A stretch of DNA of 64,000 nt from Alphaproteobacteria bacterium. Lineage in GTDB: Bacteria > Pseudomonadota > Alphaproteobacteria > JAJFFI01. The notes below the pieces were generated by a model that saw only the letters and a program-made list of their open reading frames with translations, did not search any database and had not been told where the DNA came from. The stretch lies in NCBI GenBank assembly GCA_030066595.1, contig JASJBI010000036.1, positions 10,456 through 74,455 of the forward strand, in the 5' to 3' direction. Numbering within the stretch: position 1 is the stretch's first letter; the number at the start of each line of letters is the position of its first letter. The position numbers and the translations under genes were made by a program. Shown one piece after another: positions 12,261 through 24,297 of the stretch.

Positions 12261-12639
12261 GCGTCGGAGCCGGCGCCGAGGGGCTGCTAGTTTTTGTGCA
12301 GCGCACTAGATACCGAACTCCATCTGTTCTGTTCGGAAGAAGCTAAGCACCTTACCTGTTTTCAACAGAATTCTTGCTCGACTGCGGCACGGCCGTAGGT
12401 GCTTTCTGCGCCGATCATTGTGCATCGCACAAAGCCATCTTGACCTACGGACCGACCTCTGCCAAGCTGTTGCCTCGGAGACACAGCCGGCTGCGGTTTC
12501 GCAGCCGGCTGTTGTAACCAGGCCCAGCTGGTTCCCACATAGGGAGCCAGCCGAGCGGACAAGCGCGGCTCGCGAGATCGCGCACCGCAGCGGCCTGGGT
12601 TGACTGAGAGGGGCGGCCGTAACGCACGGCCGCTTAGGG

Positions 12640-13332
12640 ATGATGGGGTTACGGACCGTTGACTGCCGCGCCTGGCGCGGCGGCAGACTTGACGCCCGGA
12701 TCGGCCGCGCTTCGCTGGGCGCCGCCAGGCGGGCGCTGGCGTCGGCGGCCCTGATCGGATCGCTGGTCGCCGGACCGGCCGCGGCGAAGGACATCTCCCC
12801 CAACCCGCCCAAACCGGCCTTGGATATCGCCAAGGCGGCCAAGGGCATCCCCACCAAACCGGCATTGGATATCGCCAAGGGGGCAAAAGACATCTCCCCC
12901 AAACCGGCCTTGGATATCGCCAAGGAGGTCCAGTGCCTGGCCATCAATATCTATTGGGAAGCCGCGTTCGAGCCCGAGGCCGGAAAGTACGGCGTCGCCC
13001 ATGTCACCATGAACCGCCGCGACGATCCGCGCTGGCCCGGCACGGTCTGTGGGGTCGTCTACGAGAAGCGGGCCTTTTCCTGGACCATCACCCACCCCAA
13101 CCGCAAACCGGCCAACGCGGGCGCCTGGGAGCTGGCCCGGATCATCGCCAACAAGGTCTATTTCGGGCTCGACAAGGGGCGCGAGCTCTGGCGCGGCGTG
13201 ACCTTCTACCACGCGGACTACGTGCGCGAGGGCATCCAGTCGGCCTGGCGCAAGAGGCTGGTCGAATATGTCCAGGTCGGCCGCCACATCTTCTATCGGC
13301 CCGCCTACGCCAAGGCCAAGTCGAAGTTCTAA
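12640..13332 (+). CDS. SleB-like cell-wall hydrolase with signal peptide and three KPALDIAK repeats
   Basis: ..CLAINIYWEA..E..GKYGVAHVTMNRRDDPRWPGTVCGVVYEKRAFSW.. matches the Hydrolase_2/SleB domain. The N-terminus has a basic then hydrophobic leader. Confidence 0.8.
   Translation: MMGLRTVDCRAWRGGRLDARIGRASLGAARRALASAALIGSLVAGPAAAKDISPNPPKPALDIAKAAKGIPTKPALDIAKGAKDISPKPALDIAKEVQCLAINIYWEAAFEPEAGKYGVAHVTMNRRDDPRWPGTVCGVVYEKRAFSWTITHPNRKPANAGAWELARIIANKVYFGLDKGRELWRGVTFYHADYVREGIQSAWRKRLVEYVQVGRHIFYRPAYAKAKSKF
12787..12930 (+). repeat. In-frame tandem coding repeat (54+45+45 nt) encoding K-D/G-I-S/P-..KPALDIAK units
   Basis: The core aaaccggc(c/a)ttggatatcgccaagg occurs at 12811, 12856 and 12901, a 45-nt period. 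Confidence 0.9.
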
Positions 13333-13699
13333 GACCCCCTCCCCGGCAGCGCCGATTCGCCGGTTTTCGCTGATTGATCAAGGTCATATCGCGGCTCGCG
13401 GGCCGCGTGCTAAGGGCTTGGCACGGTGCAACCGACACCCGCGCCCGAGCCGTGGCCAAAGCGGCATGCCACGGTCTTGCAGGCGTGCTTGACGAATGGT
13501 CCCGCAGGCCGTGCGAGGAGCGAACCGACCGATGCCGAGCAGATCAAGGCCGTCTTCCGGTACCGCGAAGCCGCCCAATATGGCCAAGCGGCGGCGCTCC
13601 GCGGCGGAGCCTCCGGCGCGCAGGCAAACGACGGCGCCGGGCTGGCCCATGTGGGAAGGCCAGCTTCCCCGCTTTCCGTTCGCGGTTCCCGGCGGCGGC

Positions 13700-15454
13700 A
13701 TGCGGGATGGCGATGAATTGTCGATGGGCGCGGTGTTCGGACACTCTCTCGACCGACTGGCCAATGCGCTCTCGGGCCGGCTGACGCTGGGGCTTTCGCC
13801 GGTGGCCCTGTCCCAGGCCTTCGGCGACTGGTCCGCGCATCTGGCCACTTCGCCGGGCAAGCAGGCGGAGCTGGTCCAGAAGGCGATGCGCAAGGCGATC
13901 CGGCTCGGCCTCTACCTGCAAAGCTGCGCCGCCAACCCGGAGACCCCGGCCTGCATCGATCCCCTGCCCCAGGACCGGCGGTTCCGGGACGAGGCGTGGC
14001 AGCAATGGCCCTACAAGTTCATCTATCAGGCCTTCCTGCTGCAGCAGCAGTGGTGGCACAACGCCACGACCGACGTGCGCGGCGTATCGCAGCACCATGA
14101 GGCCGTGGTCAACTTCACCATGCGCCAGGTCCTGGACATGGTCTCTCCGTCCAACCACCCGCTCAGCAACCCCGAGGTGCTGACCGCGACCCTGCAGCAG
14201 GGCGGCGCGAACCTGCACCGGGGCTGGCTGAATTTCCTCGAGGACTGGCAGCGGGCGGTCGCCGGCAAGCCGGCGGTGGAGGCGGACAAGTTCATGCCCG
14301 GCCGCGAGGTCGCGGTCACGCCCGGCAAGGTGGTCTATCGCAACCGCCTGATCGAGCTGATCCAATACGCCCCCGCGACCGACCAGGTCCTTGCCGAGCC
14401 GATCCTCATCATGCCGGCCTGGATCATGAAGTACTACATCCTGGACCTCTCGCCCGAGAACTCCCTGGTCCGCTACCTGGTCGAGAAGGGCCATACGGTC
14501 TTCATGATCTCCTGGAAGAACCCGCTGCCGGAGGACCGGGATCTGAGCATGGACGACTATCTGCGGCTCGGCGTCATGCGTGCGCTCGAAGCCGTCTCGG
14601 CCATCGTGCCGGACCGCGCTGTGCATGCGGTCGGCTACTGCCTGGGGGGCACGCTCTTGGCGATCGCCGCCGCCGTACTGGCCGCCGACCGCAAGCGCCA
14701 AGAGACGCTCAAGACGGTCACGCTGCTGGCGGCGCAGACCGACTTCAACGAGGCGGGCGAGCTGATGCTGTTCATCGACGAAAGCGCGGTCGCCTATCTC
14801 GAGGACATCATGTGGGACCAGGGCTATCTGGACACCAAACAAATGGCCGGCGCCTTCCAGATGCTGCGCTCGAACGACCTGATCTGGTCCCGCATGGTGC
14901 GGGACTACATGTTGGGCGAACGGCAGCCCATGACCGACCTGATGGCCTGGAACGCCGACGCCACCCGCATGCCCTATCACATGCATTCGCAGTATCTGCG
15001 ACAGCTCTTTCTCAAGAACGACCTGGCCGAAGGCCGCTACCAAGTGGACAGCACCCATGTCAGCCTGAGCGACATCCGCGCGCCGCTGTTCGTCGCCGGC
15101 ACCGAAACCGACCATGTGGCGCCCTGGCAGTCGGTCTACAAGGTCCACCAGTTGACCGATACCGAGGTGACCTTCCTGCTGACCAATGGCGGGCACAATG
15201 CCGGCATCGTCAGCGAGCCGGGCCATCCCCGGCGGCGCTACCGGATGTCCACGCGCCAGGCGGACGACATGTATGTCGACCCGGACCGCTGGTACATGAT
15301 GACGCCGCCCGAGGTGGGCAGCTGGTGGCCGGCCTGGCAGCGCTGGCTGGCCGACCATTCGAGCGGCCGGACCTCACCGCCCGCCATGGGCGCACCGGAG
15401 GAGGGCTATCCGCCGATGCTGCCCGCGCCGGGGAGCTACGTCCTGGCGCCGTGA
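13700..15454 (+). CDS. phaC: Class I poly(R)-hydroxyalkanoate synthase
   Basis: Lipase-box ..VGYCLGGTLL.., ..PILIMPAWIMKYYILDL.., ..TNGGHNAGIV.. . The start is ambiguous: in-frame ATGs at 13580, 13649 and 13700. Confidence 0.85.
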   Translation: MRDGDELSMGAVFGHSLDRLANALSGRLTLGLSPVALSQAFGDWSAHLATSPGKQAELVQKAMRKAIRLGLYLQSCAANPETPACIDPLPQDRRFRDEAWQQWPYKFIYQAFLLQQQWWHNATTDVRGVSQHHEAVVNFTMRQVLDMVSPSNHPLSNPEVLTATLQQGGANLHRGWLNFLEDWQRAVAGKPAVEADKFMPGREVAVTPGKVVYRNRLIELIQYAPATDQVLAEPILIMPAWIMKYYILDLSPENSLVRYLVEKGHTVFMISWKNPLPEDRDLSMDDYLRLGVMRALEAVSAIVPDRAVHAVGYCLGGTLLAIAAAVLAADRKRQETLKTVTLLAAQTDFNEAGELMLFIDESAVAYLEDIMWDQGYLDTKQMAGAFQMLRSNDLIWSRMVRDYMLGERQPMTDLMAWNADATRMPYHMHSQYLRQLFLKNDLAEGRYQVDSTHVSLSDIRAPLFVAGTETDHVAPWQSVYKVHQLTDTEVTFLLTNGGHNAGIVSEPGHPRRRYRMSTRQADDMYVDPDRWYMMTPPEVGSWWPAWQRWLADHSSGRTSPPAMGAPEEGYPPMLPAPGSYVLAP

Positions 15455-15488
15455 GATCGGACGCCCGCGGTAGACCGCTGCGAGGCGA

Positions 15489-15695
15489 TCAGCTGCGGTA
15501 GTTGGTCGCCCAACGGACCGGCCGCCAGCCGCGGCGGCAGGCCATGGCGCAACGGGCAGCAATCCGCTTCATACGGTCAATGGCGCCGGCGCCGAAGTCC
15601 GAGGGCGCGGCCAGCTCCAGCACGGGAATATGGGCATCCGGCTGGGTGAAATAGGGCTGGGTGGAATTCCAGTGGCTTGAGGTCTCTCGAGGCAT
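15489..15695 (-). CDS. Small hypothetical protein (68 aa), convergent with phaC
   Basis: The ATG is preceded by AGGAGG with 7-nt spacing (reverse complement of 15696-15710) and the codons are GC3-biased. I recognise no family. Confidence 0.4.
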   Translation of the reverse strand: MPRETSSHWNSTQPYFTQPDAHIPVLELAAPSDFGAGAIDRMKRIAARCAMACRRGWRPVRWATNYRS

Positions 15696-16041
15696 CTCGC
15701 GTCCTCCTGAACGGTCGCGGGCTTGATGAAAATCACCTTGCTTCGGCCCGCTTTCGCCGGTCCGGAGCACTGCGGCCTCCGTTTTGCCCGAGCCATATTT
15801 CAGTCGGATGTGCGTCTCGGGGGTTTTTGGTTTCAATTGTGTTTGAACCGCGACAGGACGCCGGGAAAACCGGGCGAAATCGCCGGAATGACAGCCGGCT
15901 GCGACGATTTGGCCCAGCGCGCGCCAACCGCCGCCGGAGCGGCGCCCGACCGCCGGCGTGAGTCGCCGGCCGCGATGGTCTAGAATGGGCCCCGCCGCGG
16001 AATGCGGCGCGCAAGACCCATAGAAACGGCAAGGGCCATTC

Positions 16042-17340
16042 ATGATCCCGCGTTACAGCCGCCCGGAAATGACCGCCATCTGGGCGCCCGAGAACAAGTT
16101 CCGCATCTGGTTCGAGATCGAGGCCCATGCCTGCGACGCCCAGGCGGCGCTCGGCGTGATTCCCAAGGAGGCTGCCGAGACGGTCTGGGCGCGGGGCAAG
16201 TTCGAGATCGACCGGATCGACGAGATCGAGCGCGAGACCCGGCACGACGTCATCGCCTTCCTGACCAACCTGGCCGAGCATGTCGGGCCCGAGGCCCGCT
16301 TCGTGCACCAGGGCATGACCTCGTCGGACGTGCTGGACACCTGCCTGGCGGTCCAGCTGGCCCAGGCGTCGGACATCCTGCTGGCCGATTTGGACGAACT
16401 CCTGGCGGTGCTGGAACGCCGCGCGCGGGAACACAAGGACACGGTCTGCATCGGCCGCAGCCACGGCATCCATGCCGAGCCCACCACCTTCGGCCTCAAG
16501 CTCGCGGGCCACTATGCCGAGTTCGCCCGCAACCGCCGGCGGCTCGAAGCGGCCCGGGCCGAGATCGCCACCTGCGCCATCTCGGGCGCGGTCGGCACGT
16601 TCGCCAACATCGACCCCGAGGTCGAGGCGCATGTCGCCGAGAAGATGGGGCTCCAGGTCGAGCCGGTCTCGACCCAGGTGATCCCGCGCGACCGGCACGC
16701 GGCCTTCTTTGCGACGCTTGCCGTCATCGCCAGCTCGGTCGAGCGGCTGGCGACCGAAATCCGCCACCTGCAACGCACCGAGCTGCGCGAGGCCGAGGAG
16801 TATTTCGCGCCCGGCCAGAAAGGCAGCTCGGCCATGCCGCACAAGCGCAATCCGGTGCTGACCGAGAACCTCTCGGGCCTGGCCCGGATGGTGCGCGCGG
16901 CGGTGATCCCGGCGCTCGAGAACGTGGCTCTCTGGCACGAGCGGGATATCTCCCACTCTTCGGTGGAGCGGATGATCGGCCCGGACGCGACGGTGACGCT
17001 GGACTTCGCGCTTGCGCGCCTGACCGGCGTGGTCGACAAGCTGGTGGTCTATCCCGAGGCGATGCGCGCCAACCTGGATCGGCTCGGCGGCCTGCACAAT
17101 TCCCAGCGGGTGCTCTTGGCGCTGACCCAGAAGGGCATGAGCCGCGAGGACGCCTACGAAGCGGTGCAGCGGAACGCCATGCAGGCCTGGGAGAACGGCG
17201 CCAGCTTCCTTGATTTTTTGAAATCAGACGGGGCGATCACCGGCGTCCTGAGCGCGGCCGAACTCGAGGACCTGTTCGACCTCGCCTACCACAGCCGGCA
17301 TGTGGACACGATCTTCGCGCGGGTGTTCGGGGACGGCTAG
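16042..17340 (+). CDS. purB: Adenylosuccinate lyase
   Basis: ..RYSRPEM..IW.., ..GMTSSDVLDT.., and signature ..GSSAMPHKRNP.. . Confidence 0.95.
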   Translation: MIPRYSRPEMTAIWAPENKFRIWFEIEAHACDAQAALGVIPKEAAETVWARGKFEIDRIDEIERETRHDVIAFLTNLAEHVGPEARFVHQGMTSSDVLDTCLAVQLAQASDILLADLDELLAVLERRAREHKDTVCIGRSHGIHAEPTTFGLKLAGHYAEFARNRRRLEAARAEIATCAISGAVGTFANIDPEVEAHVAEKMGLQVEPVSTQVIPRDRHAAFFATLAVIASSVERLATEIRHLQRTELREAEEYFAPGQKGSSAMPHKRNPVLTENLSGLARMVRAAVIPALENVALWHERDISHSSVERMIGPDATVTLDFALARLTGVVDKLVVYPEAMRANLDRLGGLHNSQRVLLALTQKGMSREDAYEAVQRNAMQAWENGASFLDFLKSDGAITGVLSAAELEDLFDLAYHSRHVDTIFARVFGDG

Positions 17341-17456
17341 GCCCGGCTTCTCCGCTGCAATACCACACGCAGACCGGCCTTAAATTTACCATGTTTCGCG
17401 CATAGGTTTCAGATCCGGTCCAGTCCGATCAGGGCGGCATGGTCTGAAGGCCTCTC

Positions 17457-18077
17457 ATGAAGCTCCTCAACCCGCGCGGCAAGCTGCTCTTCTTTGCGAT
17501 CGGCATCGCGGCGGCGGCCATCGAGATGGCCATGTTCATCTATTGGATGGACCTGGCCCGCTGGCTCGCGGGCGACCCGCGTCTGATGGATCACCAGATA
17601 CCGACCTGGCTCTGGCTGATCGGGGCCTTTGTCCGGAATATCTTCTGGTGGGCCGGTGCGGTTATCCTGGTCGCAAACATCCGGTACATCCAGGCCTTCG
17701 AGTTCCCGTCCTATGTCGCGGGCGGACTGGTGTTCTTCGTTACGGTGATGGCAACCTTCTACGCCTGGTATCGTGTCCAATACTATGCGATGGGTGAATC
17801 CTTCGACGCGGCGGCCTGGAAGTCTCCCCATCCGAAAAGACCCCATATCCGCCTGCGCATGATCGACGATCTCTTGTCCCGGTACGAGCTGGAGGGTATG
17901 CGGGAAGAGGCGGTCATCCGATTGCTCGGCCCGACGGACGACACCTCTTACTTTTCGAGATGGGATTACGTCTACTGGCTCGGCCCGGAGCGCGGATACA
18001 TCTCGATCGACAGCGAATGGCTCGTCTTGCGCGCAAGCGACGGCAAGATCAGCGAGTTCGCCGTTGTCCGCGACTGA
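17457..18077 (+). CDS. Membrane protein (about 4 TM) with soluble C-terminal domain, hypothetical
   Basis: Hydrophobic N-terminal half. The C-terminal ..GMREEAVIRLLGPTDD..WDYVYWLG.. loosely resembles a BamE/SmpA-like fold. Local GC is lower than in neighbouring genes. Confidence 0.5.
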   Translation: MKLLNPRGKLLFFAIGIAAAAIEMAMFIYWMDLARWLAGDPRLMDHQIPTWLWLIGAFVRNIFWWAGAVILVANIRYIQAFEFPSYVAGGLVFFVTVMATFYAWYRVQYYAMGESFDAAAWKSPHPKRPHIRLRMIDDLLSRYELEGMREEAVIRLLGPTDDTSYFSRWDYVYWLGPERGYISIDSEWLVLRASDGKISEFAVVRD

Positions 18078-18094
18078 GGCGCAGGACGTGTCCC

Positions 18095-18415
18095 CTACTC
18101 GGCCTTGACCTGCTCACGCGCCTCGACCAAGAGGTCGGCCATCTTCTTGCGCACCGTATGGTCGGCGCAGTCGACGCCCTTGTTCTGGAAGTCGCCGAAG
18201 ACCTTGCGGAAGACATCCTCTTCGCCCGGCTCTTCGAAATCGGCCTGCACCACTTCGCGCGCATAGGCGTCGGCCGCCTCGCCCGAAATGCCCATCATCT
18301 CGGCCGCCCACAGGCCGAGCAGCTTGTTGCGCCGCGCCTGCGCTTTGAACTCGATCTCCTGGTCCGTCTTGTACTTGGTCTCGAAGCCTTTTTCGCGCTT
18401 GTCGAAGGTCGTCAT
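18095..18415 (-). CDS. DUF1476 protein, F1Fo-ATPase inhibitor zeta-subunit family
   Basis: MTTFDKREKGFETKYKTDQEIEFKAQARRNKLLGLWAAE..DFEEPGEEDVFRKV.. closely resembles my memory of the Paracoccus zeta subunit. The ATG at 18415 is preferred. Confidence 0.85.
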   Translation of the reverse strand: MTTFDKREKGFETKYKTDQEIEFKAQARRNKLLGLWAAEMMGISGEAADAYAREVVQADFEEPGEEDVFRKVFGDFQNKGVDCADHTVRKKMADLLVEAREQVKAE

Positions 18416-18531
18416 GGTCGCCCTTGCCTCGCTTTCGTCCTCGCTTGCTCTGAATCCTGGGCGGGCTGGCCATCGCCCGCGTTTCACTGAATATATAGTG
18501 CCGGACCCCGGCAAGTGGTATCCCAAATCCG

Positions 18532-19281
18532 ATGTGCACCTTGGTCATCCTACGCCGACCCGAAGCCCGCTGGCCGCTGATGCTGGCGGCCAACCGGGAC
18601 GAGATGCTGGACCGCCCCTGGCGGCCGCCGGGCCGCCACTGGCCCGACCGGCCGGAGGTGGTGGCGGGCCAGGACGAGCTGGCCGGCGGCACCTGGCTGG
18701 GCCTGAACGATTTCGGCGTGGCGGCGGGCGTGCTGAACCGGATCGGCAGCCTGGGGCCCGCCACGGACAAGCGGTCGCGCGGCGAGCTGGTGCTGGAGGC
18801 GCTCGACCATGCCGACGCGGCGGCGGCGGCGGCCGCGCTGGGGGCGCTGGACGGCGACGCCTACCGCGCCTTCAACCTGGTGGTGGCGGACAACCGCGAC
18901 GCCTTCTGGTTGCACGGCCTCGGCAGCGGCCAGGTCGAGGTCATCCCGGTGCCCGAGGGCCTGCACATGGTCACCGCCCACGACATGGACGACGAGGGCT
19001 CAGCCCGAATCCGGGTGCACCAGCCCCGCTTCGCCAGCGCGCCGACGCCGGACCCGGAGGCCGGCGACTGGGGCGCCTGGGAGGCCATCCTGGCCAGCAC
19101 CGAGGGGGACGGCGACAACGAGCGCGAGGGCGCTATGAATATCTTCACAGACTGGGGCTTCGGCACGGTCTCGAGCAGCCTGATCGCCCTGCCCTCGGCG
19201 GAACTGCCTGATCGGAAAGCGATTTTCCGCTTCGCACCGGGCCGCCCCGGGGAGGCGGCATACGCGGATATCGCCCTCTGA
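18532..19281 (+). CDS. NRDE-family (DUF833/TANGO2-like) protein
   Basis: N-terminal MCTLVIL...LAANRDE motif is typical of the NRDE family. Confidence 0.8.
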   Translation: MCTLVILRRPEARWPLMLAANRDEMLDRPWRPPGRHWPDRPEVVAGQDELAGGTWLGLNDFGVAAGVLNRIGSLGPATDKRSRGELVLEALDHADAAAAAAALGALDGDAYRAFNLVVADNRDAFWLHGLGSGQVEVIPVPEGLHMVTAHDMDDEGSARIRVHQPRFASAPTPDPEAGDWGAWEAILASTEGDGDNEREGAMNIFTDWGFGTVSSSLIALPSAELPDRKAIFRFAPGRPGEAAYADIAL

Positions 19282-19412
19282 CGGCACCCGGCGGGCCGCC
19301 ATTGTTTGCACCGTGGTCATGATTATATGGTAGAAATCATTCGGTCGCCGCCCGCCCCGGGCGACGGCCATTAACCATGTCGGCTTCGACCAGCCCAGCA
19401 CGGGTGACTCCC

Positions 19413-20177
19413 ATGGCCAGACGCAGACGGATCTACGAGGGCAAGGCCAAAGTCTTGTTCGAAGGCCCCGAGCCCGGCACCTTGGTGCAGTACTTCAAGG
19501 ATGACGCCACCGCCTTCAACAACAAGAAGACCGGGGTGATCACCGGCAAGGGCGTGCTCAACAACCGCATCTCCGAGTACCTGATGACCCGCCTGGCGGA
19601 GATCGGGGTGCCGACCCATTTCGTGCGTCGGTTGAACATGCGGGAACAGCTCGTCCGCGAGGTCGAGATCGTCCCCATCGAGGTGGTCGTGCGCAACGTG
19701 GCCGCGGGCTCGCTGTCGACCCGGCTGGGCATCCCCGAAGGGACGCCCCTGCCCCGCTCGATCGTCGAGTACTACCTCAAGTCGGACGAGCTGGGCGACC
19801 CGCTGATCAGCGAAGAGCACATCACCGCCTTCGGCTGGGCCGCGCCGCAGGATCTGGACGATATCCTTCAGCTCGCGCTCCGCATCAACGACTTTCTCTG
19901 CGGCCTTTTCCTCGGCGTCGGCATCCGGCTGGTCGACTTCAAGCTGGAGTTCGGCCGGCTCTACGAGAACGACGACATGCGCATCGTGCTGGCCGACGAA
20001 ATCACCCCAGACAACTGCCGGCTGTGGGACATCGAGACCAACGAGAAGATGGACAAGGACCGCTTCCGCCGCGATCTGGGCAAGGTCGCCGAGGCCTACC
20101 AGGAGGTGGCGCGGCGCCTGGGCATCCTGCCGGAGAGCGGCCCGCGCGACATGCCGGGCCCCAAGGCGATGCAATAA
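19413..20177 (+). CDS. purC: Phosphoribosylaminoimidazole-succinocarboxamide (SAICAR) synthase
   Basis: ..[28 protein letters not shown].. . The ATG at 19413 is preferred. Confidence 0.95.
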   Translation: MARRRRIYEGKAKVLFEGPEPGTLVQYFKDDATAFNNKKTGVITGKGVLNNRISEYLMTRLAEIGVPTHFVRRLNMREQLVREVEIVPIEVVVRNVAAGSLSTRLGIPEGTPLPRSIVEYYLKSDELGDPLISEEHITAFGWAAPQDLDDILQLALRINDFLCGLFLGVGIRLVDFKLEFGRLYENDDMRIVLADEITPDNCRLWDIETNEKMDKDRFRRDLGKVAEAYQEVARRLGILPESGPRDMPGPKAMQ

Positions 20178-20208
20178 CACCGATAGCGGGGGGCGCGAGG
20201 GAAACGGC

Positions 20209-20451
20209 TTGAAAGCGCGGGTTCACATCACCCTCAAGACCGGCGTTCTCGACCCGCAGGGCAAGGCCATCGCGCATGCGCTGGGCAATCTGGGCTTCGC
20301 CGGGGTCGGCGACGTGCGCCAGGGCAAGTTCATCGAGATCGATCTGGCGGAGACCGACCGGGACAAGGCGCGCGACGCGGTCACGGCCATGTGCGAGAAG
20401 CTGTTGGCCAACACGGTGATCGAGAACTACACGGTCGAGCTCGGCGAGTGA
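20209..20451 (+). CDS. purS: FGAM synthase subunit PurS
   Basis: 80 aa, ..V.ITLKTGVLDPQGKAI..AL..LGF.. . Confidence 0.9.
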   Translation: MKARVHITLKTGVLDPQGKAIAHALGNLGFAGVGDVRQGKFIEIDLAETDRDKARDAVTAMCEKLLANTVIENYTVELGE

Positions 20452-20717
20452 TGGACCGGCCCGCAGGCGACACCCGCGCGGCGACCCAACGACCCTCCCT
20501 CCTCGACCTTGCCCTCGGCGGCGGCGTGCCCAAACGGTCCTTCTTTGTGGCGCTCGTCGTGGGCACCCTCCTCAACCTGATCAATCAGGGCGACGCGCTG
20601 GTGGCCGGCGCGCCGCTGGACTGGTTCAAGATCGGCCTGACCTACATGGTGCCCTACTGCGTGGCCACCTATGGCGCGGTCACCGCGCGCCTGGCCGCCC
20701 TCGAAGCGAAGGAGTAA
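20451..20717 (+). CDS. NrtS-like small membrane protein (putative nitrate/nitrite transporter family)
   Basis: ..[47 protein letters not shown].. matches my memory of the NrtS family signature. The start ATG overlaps the purS TGA by 1 nt (TGATG). Confidence 0.55.
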   Translation: MDRPAGDTRAATQRPSLLDLALGGGVPKRSFFVALVVGTLLNLINQGDALVAGAPLDWFKIGLTYMVPYCVATYGAVTARLAALEAKE

Positions 20718-20727
20718 CCGTCCCGCG

Positions 20728-21413
20728 ATGAAAGCCAGCGTCATCGTCTTTCCTGGCTCCAACTGCGACCGCGACGTGCAGGTCGCCCTGACCGACAGCA
20801 TGGGCCGCCCGCCCGAGATGGTCTGGCATGGCGACAGCGAGTTGCCCGCGGCGGACCTGATCGTGCTGCCGGGCGGCTTTTCCTATGGCGACTACCTGAG
20901 GAGCGGCGCCATGGCCGCCAACTCGCCGGTCATGCGCGAGGTGGTGGACCGGGCGCAGAAGGGCGTGCCGGTCCTCGGCATCTGCAACGGCTTCCAGACG
21001 CTCACCGAGACCGGGCTGCTGCCCGGCGTGCTGATGCGCAACGCCAACCTGAAGTTCGTCTGCAAGGACGTGACGGTGCGGGTCGAGACCAGCCAGACCG
21101 TGTTCACCTGCGGCTACGAGGCGGGCCAGACCGTGCGCATCCCGATCGCCCATCACGACGGCAACTACTATGCCGACGACGACCTGCTCGACCGGCTCGA
21201 GGGCGAGGGCCGGGTGGCCTTCCGCTATACCGACCCGGAAGGCGCGGAGACCGAGGCCGCCAACCCCAACGGCTCGGCCCGCAACATCGCCGGCGTCTTC
21301 AACGAGAGCAAGACCGTCCTCGGCCTGATGCCCCACCCCGAACGGCTCGCTGATCCGGCGCTGGGCGGCAGCGACGGCAAGGCCCTGTTCGACGGGCTGG
21401 TGGAGGCGCTCGG

Positions 21414-21417
<4 letters not shown>
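20728..21417 (+). CDS. purQ: FGAM synthase glutaminase subunit PurQ
   Basis: ..[16 protein letters not shown].., ..[11 protein letters not shown].., ..GICNGFQ.., ..MPHPER.. . Confidence 0.95.
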
Positions 21418-23639
<2,222 letters not shown>

Positions 23640-23685
23640 AATGGCGTTCGGCGAACGATAAGCGAGAGCGAGGGAGAGACTGCCG

Positions 23686-23940
23686 ATGGCCATGTCCGCC
23701 GCGGAAATCGAGGGCCTGATCAAGGAGGCGATCCCGGACGCCAGCGTCCGCATCGAGGATCTGGCCGGCGATGGCGACCACTACGCGGCGTACGTCACCT
23801 CGGCCGCCTTCAAGGGTCTTACCCGCGTCCAGCAACATCAGATGGTTTACCAGGCGCTCAAGGGCCGCATGGGCGATCAGTTGCACGCCCTTGCGCTGCA
23901 GACGCTGGTCCCCGAGAGCGCCGCATCAGAACACGGGTAA
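23686..23940 (+). CDS. BolA-family protein
   Basis: ..GDGDHY...V.S..F.G...V.QHQ.VY.AL.. is typical of BolA and the gene is adjacent to grxD. Confidence 0.85.
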   Translation: MAMSAAEIEGLIKEAIPDASVRIEDLAGDGDHYAAYVTSAAFKGLTRVQQHQMVYQALKGRMGDQLHALALQTLVPESAASEHG

Positions 23941-23952
23941 GGAAGAGCTTCG

Positions 23953-24285
23953 ATGAGCGAAATCGCCACGCAGATCAAAGACGAGATCGATCAGTCCGAC
24001 GTCGTGCTGTTCATGAAGGGCAGCCCGGTCATGCCGCAGTGCGGCTTCTCGGCCATGGTCGTCCAGGTGCTGTCCCATCTGGGCATCAAGTTCAAGGGCA
24101 TCGATGTCCTGCAGGACGCGGAGCTGCGTCAGGGCATCAAGGATTTCAGCAACTGGCCGACCATCCCCCAGCTCTATGTGAAGGGGGAGTTCGTGGGCGG
24201 CTGCGACATCGTGCGCGAGATGTTCGAGAGCGGCGAGCTGATGGAGCTCATGAGCAGCCGCGGTATCGACGTCCGGCCCCAGTAA
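23953..24285 (+). CDS. grxD: Grx4-type monothiol glutaredoxin
   Basis: Active site ..PQCGFS.., ..WPTIPQLYVKGEFVGGCDI.. . Confidence 0.9.
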   Translation: MSEIATQIKDEIDQSDVVLFMKGSPVMPQCGFSAMVVQVLSHLGIKFKGIDVLQDAELRQGIKDFSNWPTIPQLYVKGEFVGGCDIVREMFESGELMELMSSRGIDVRPQ

Positions 24286-24297
24286 CGGAGCGGCCAG

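Noticed and set aside
12787-12930. Regularly spaced 25-nt repeats considered as a possible mini-CRISPR
   Set aside because: There are only three units. The spacers are about 20 nt and are related to each other. The repeat is in frame within a protein-coding gene and no cas genes are present.
12306-12947. 213-aa minus-strand ORF with LAISKAGLG repeats
   Set aside because: It is the mirror translation of the KPALDIAK coding repeat and of the non-coding spacer. The plus-strand frame continues into a clear SleB domain.
13384-13893. Minus-strand and alternative-frame ORFs upstream of and overlapping the phaC 5' end
   Set aside because: They have shadow-ORF composition (R/P/A/G-rich) and no SD. 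The region is better explained as the phaC leader or N-terminal extension, with uncertain start-codon choice.
15733-17097. 454-aa minus-strand ORF
   Set aside because: It is antisense to purB, whose sense frame carries the fumarate-lyase signature GSSAMPHKRNP.
19282-19412. Possible purine/ZTP-type riboswitch upstream of purC
   Set aside because: Only a simple hairpin (gtcgcc..ggcgac) is present. No ZTP or purine riboswitch consensus elements are seen.
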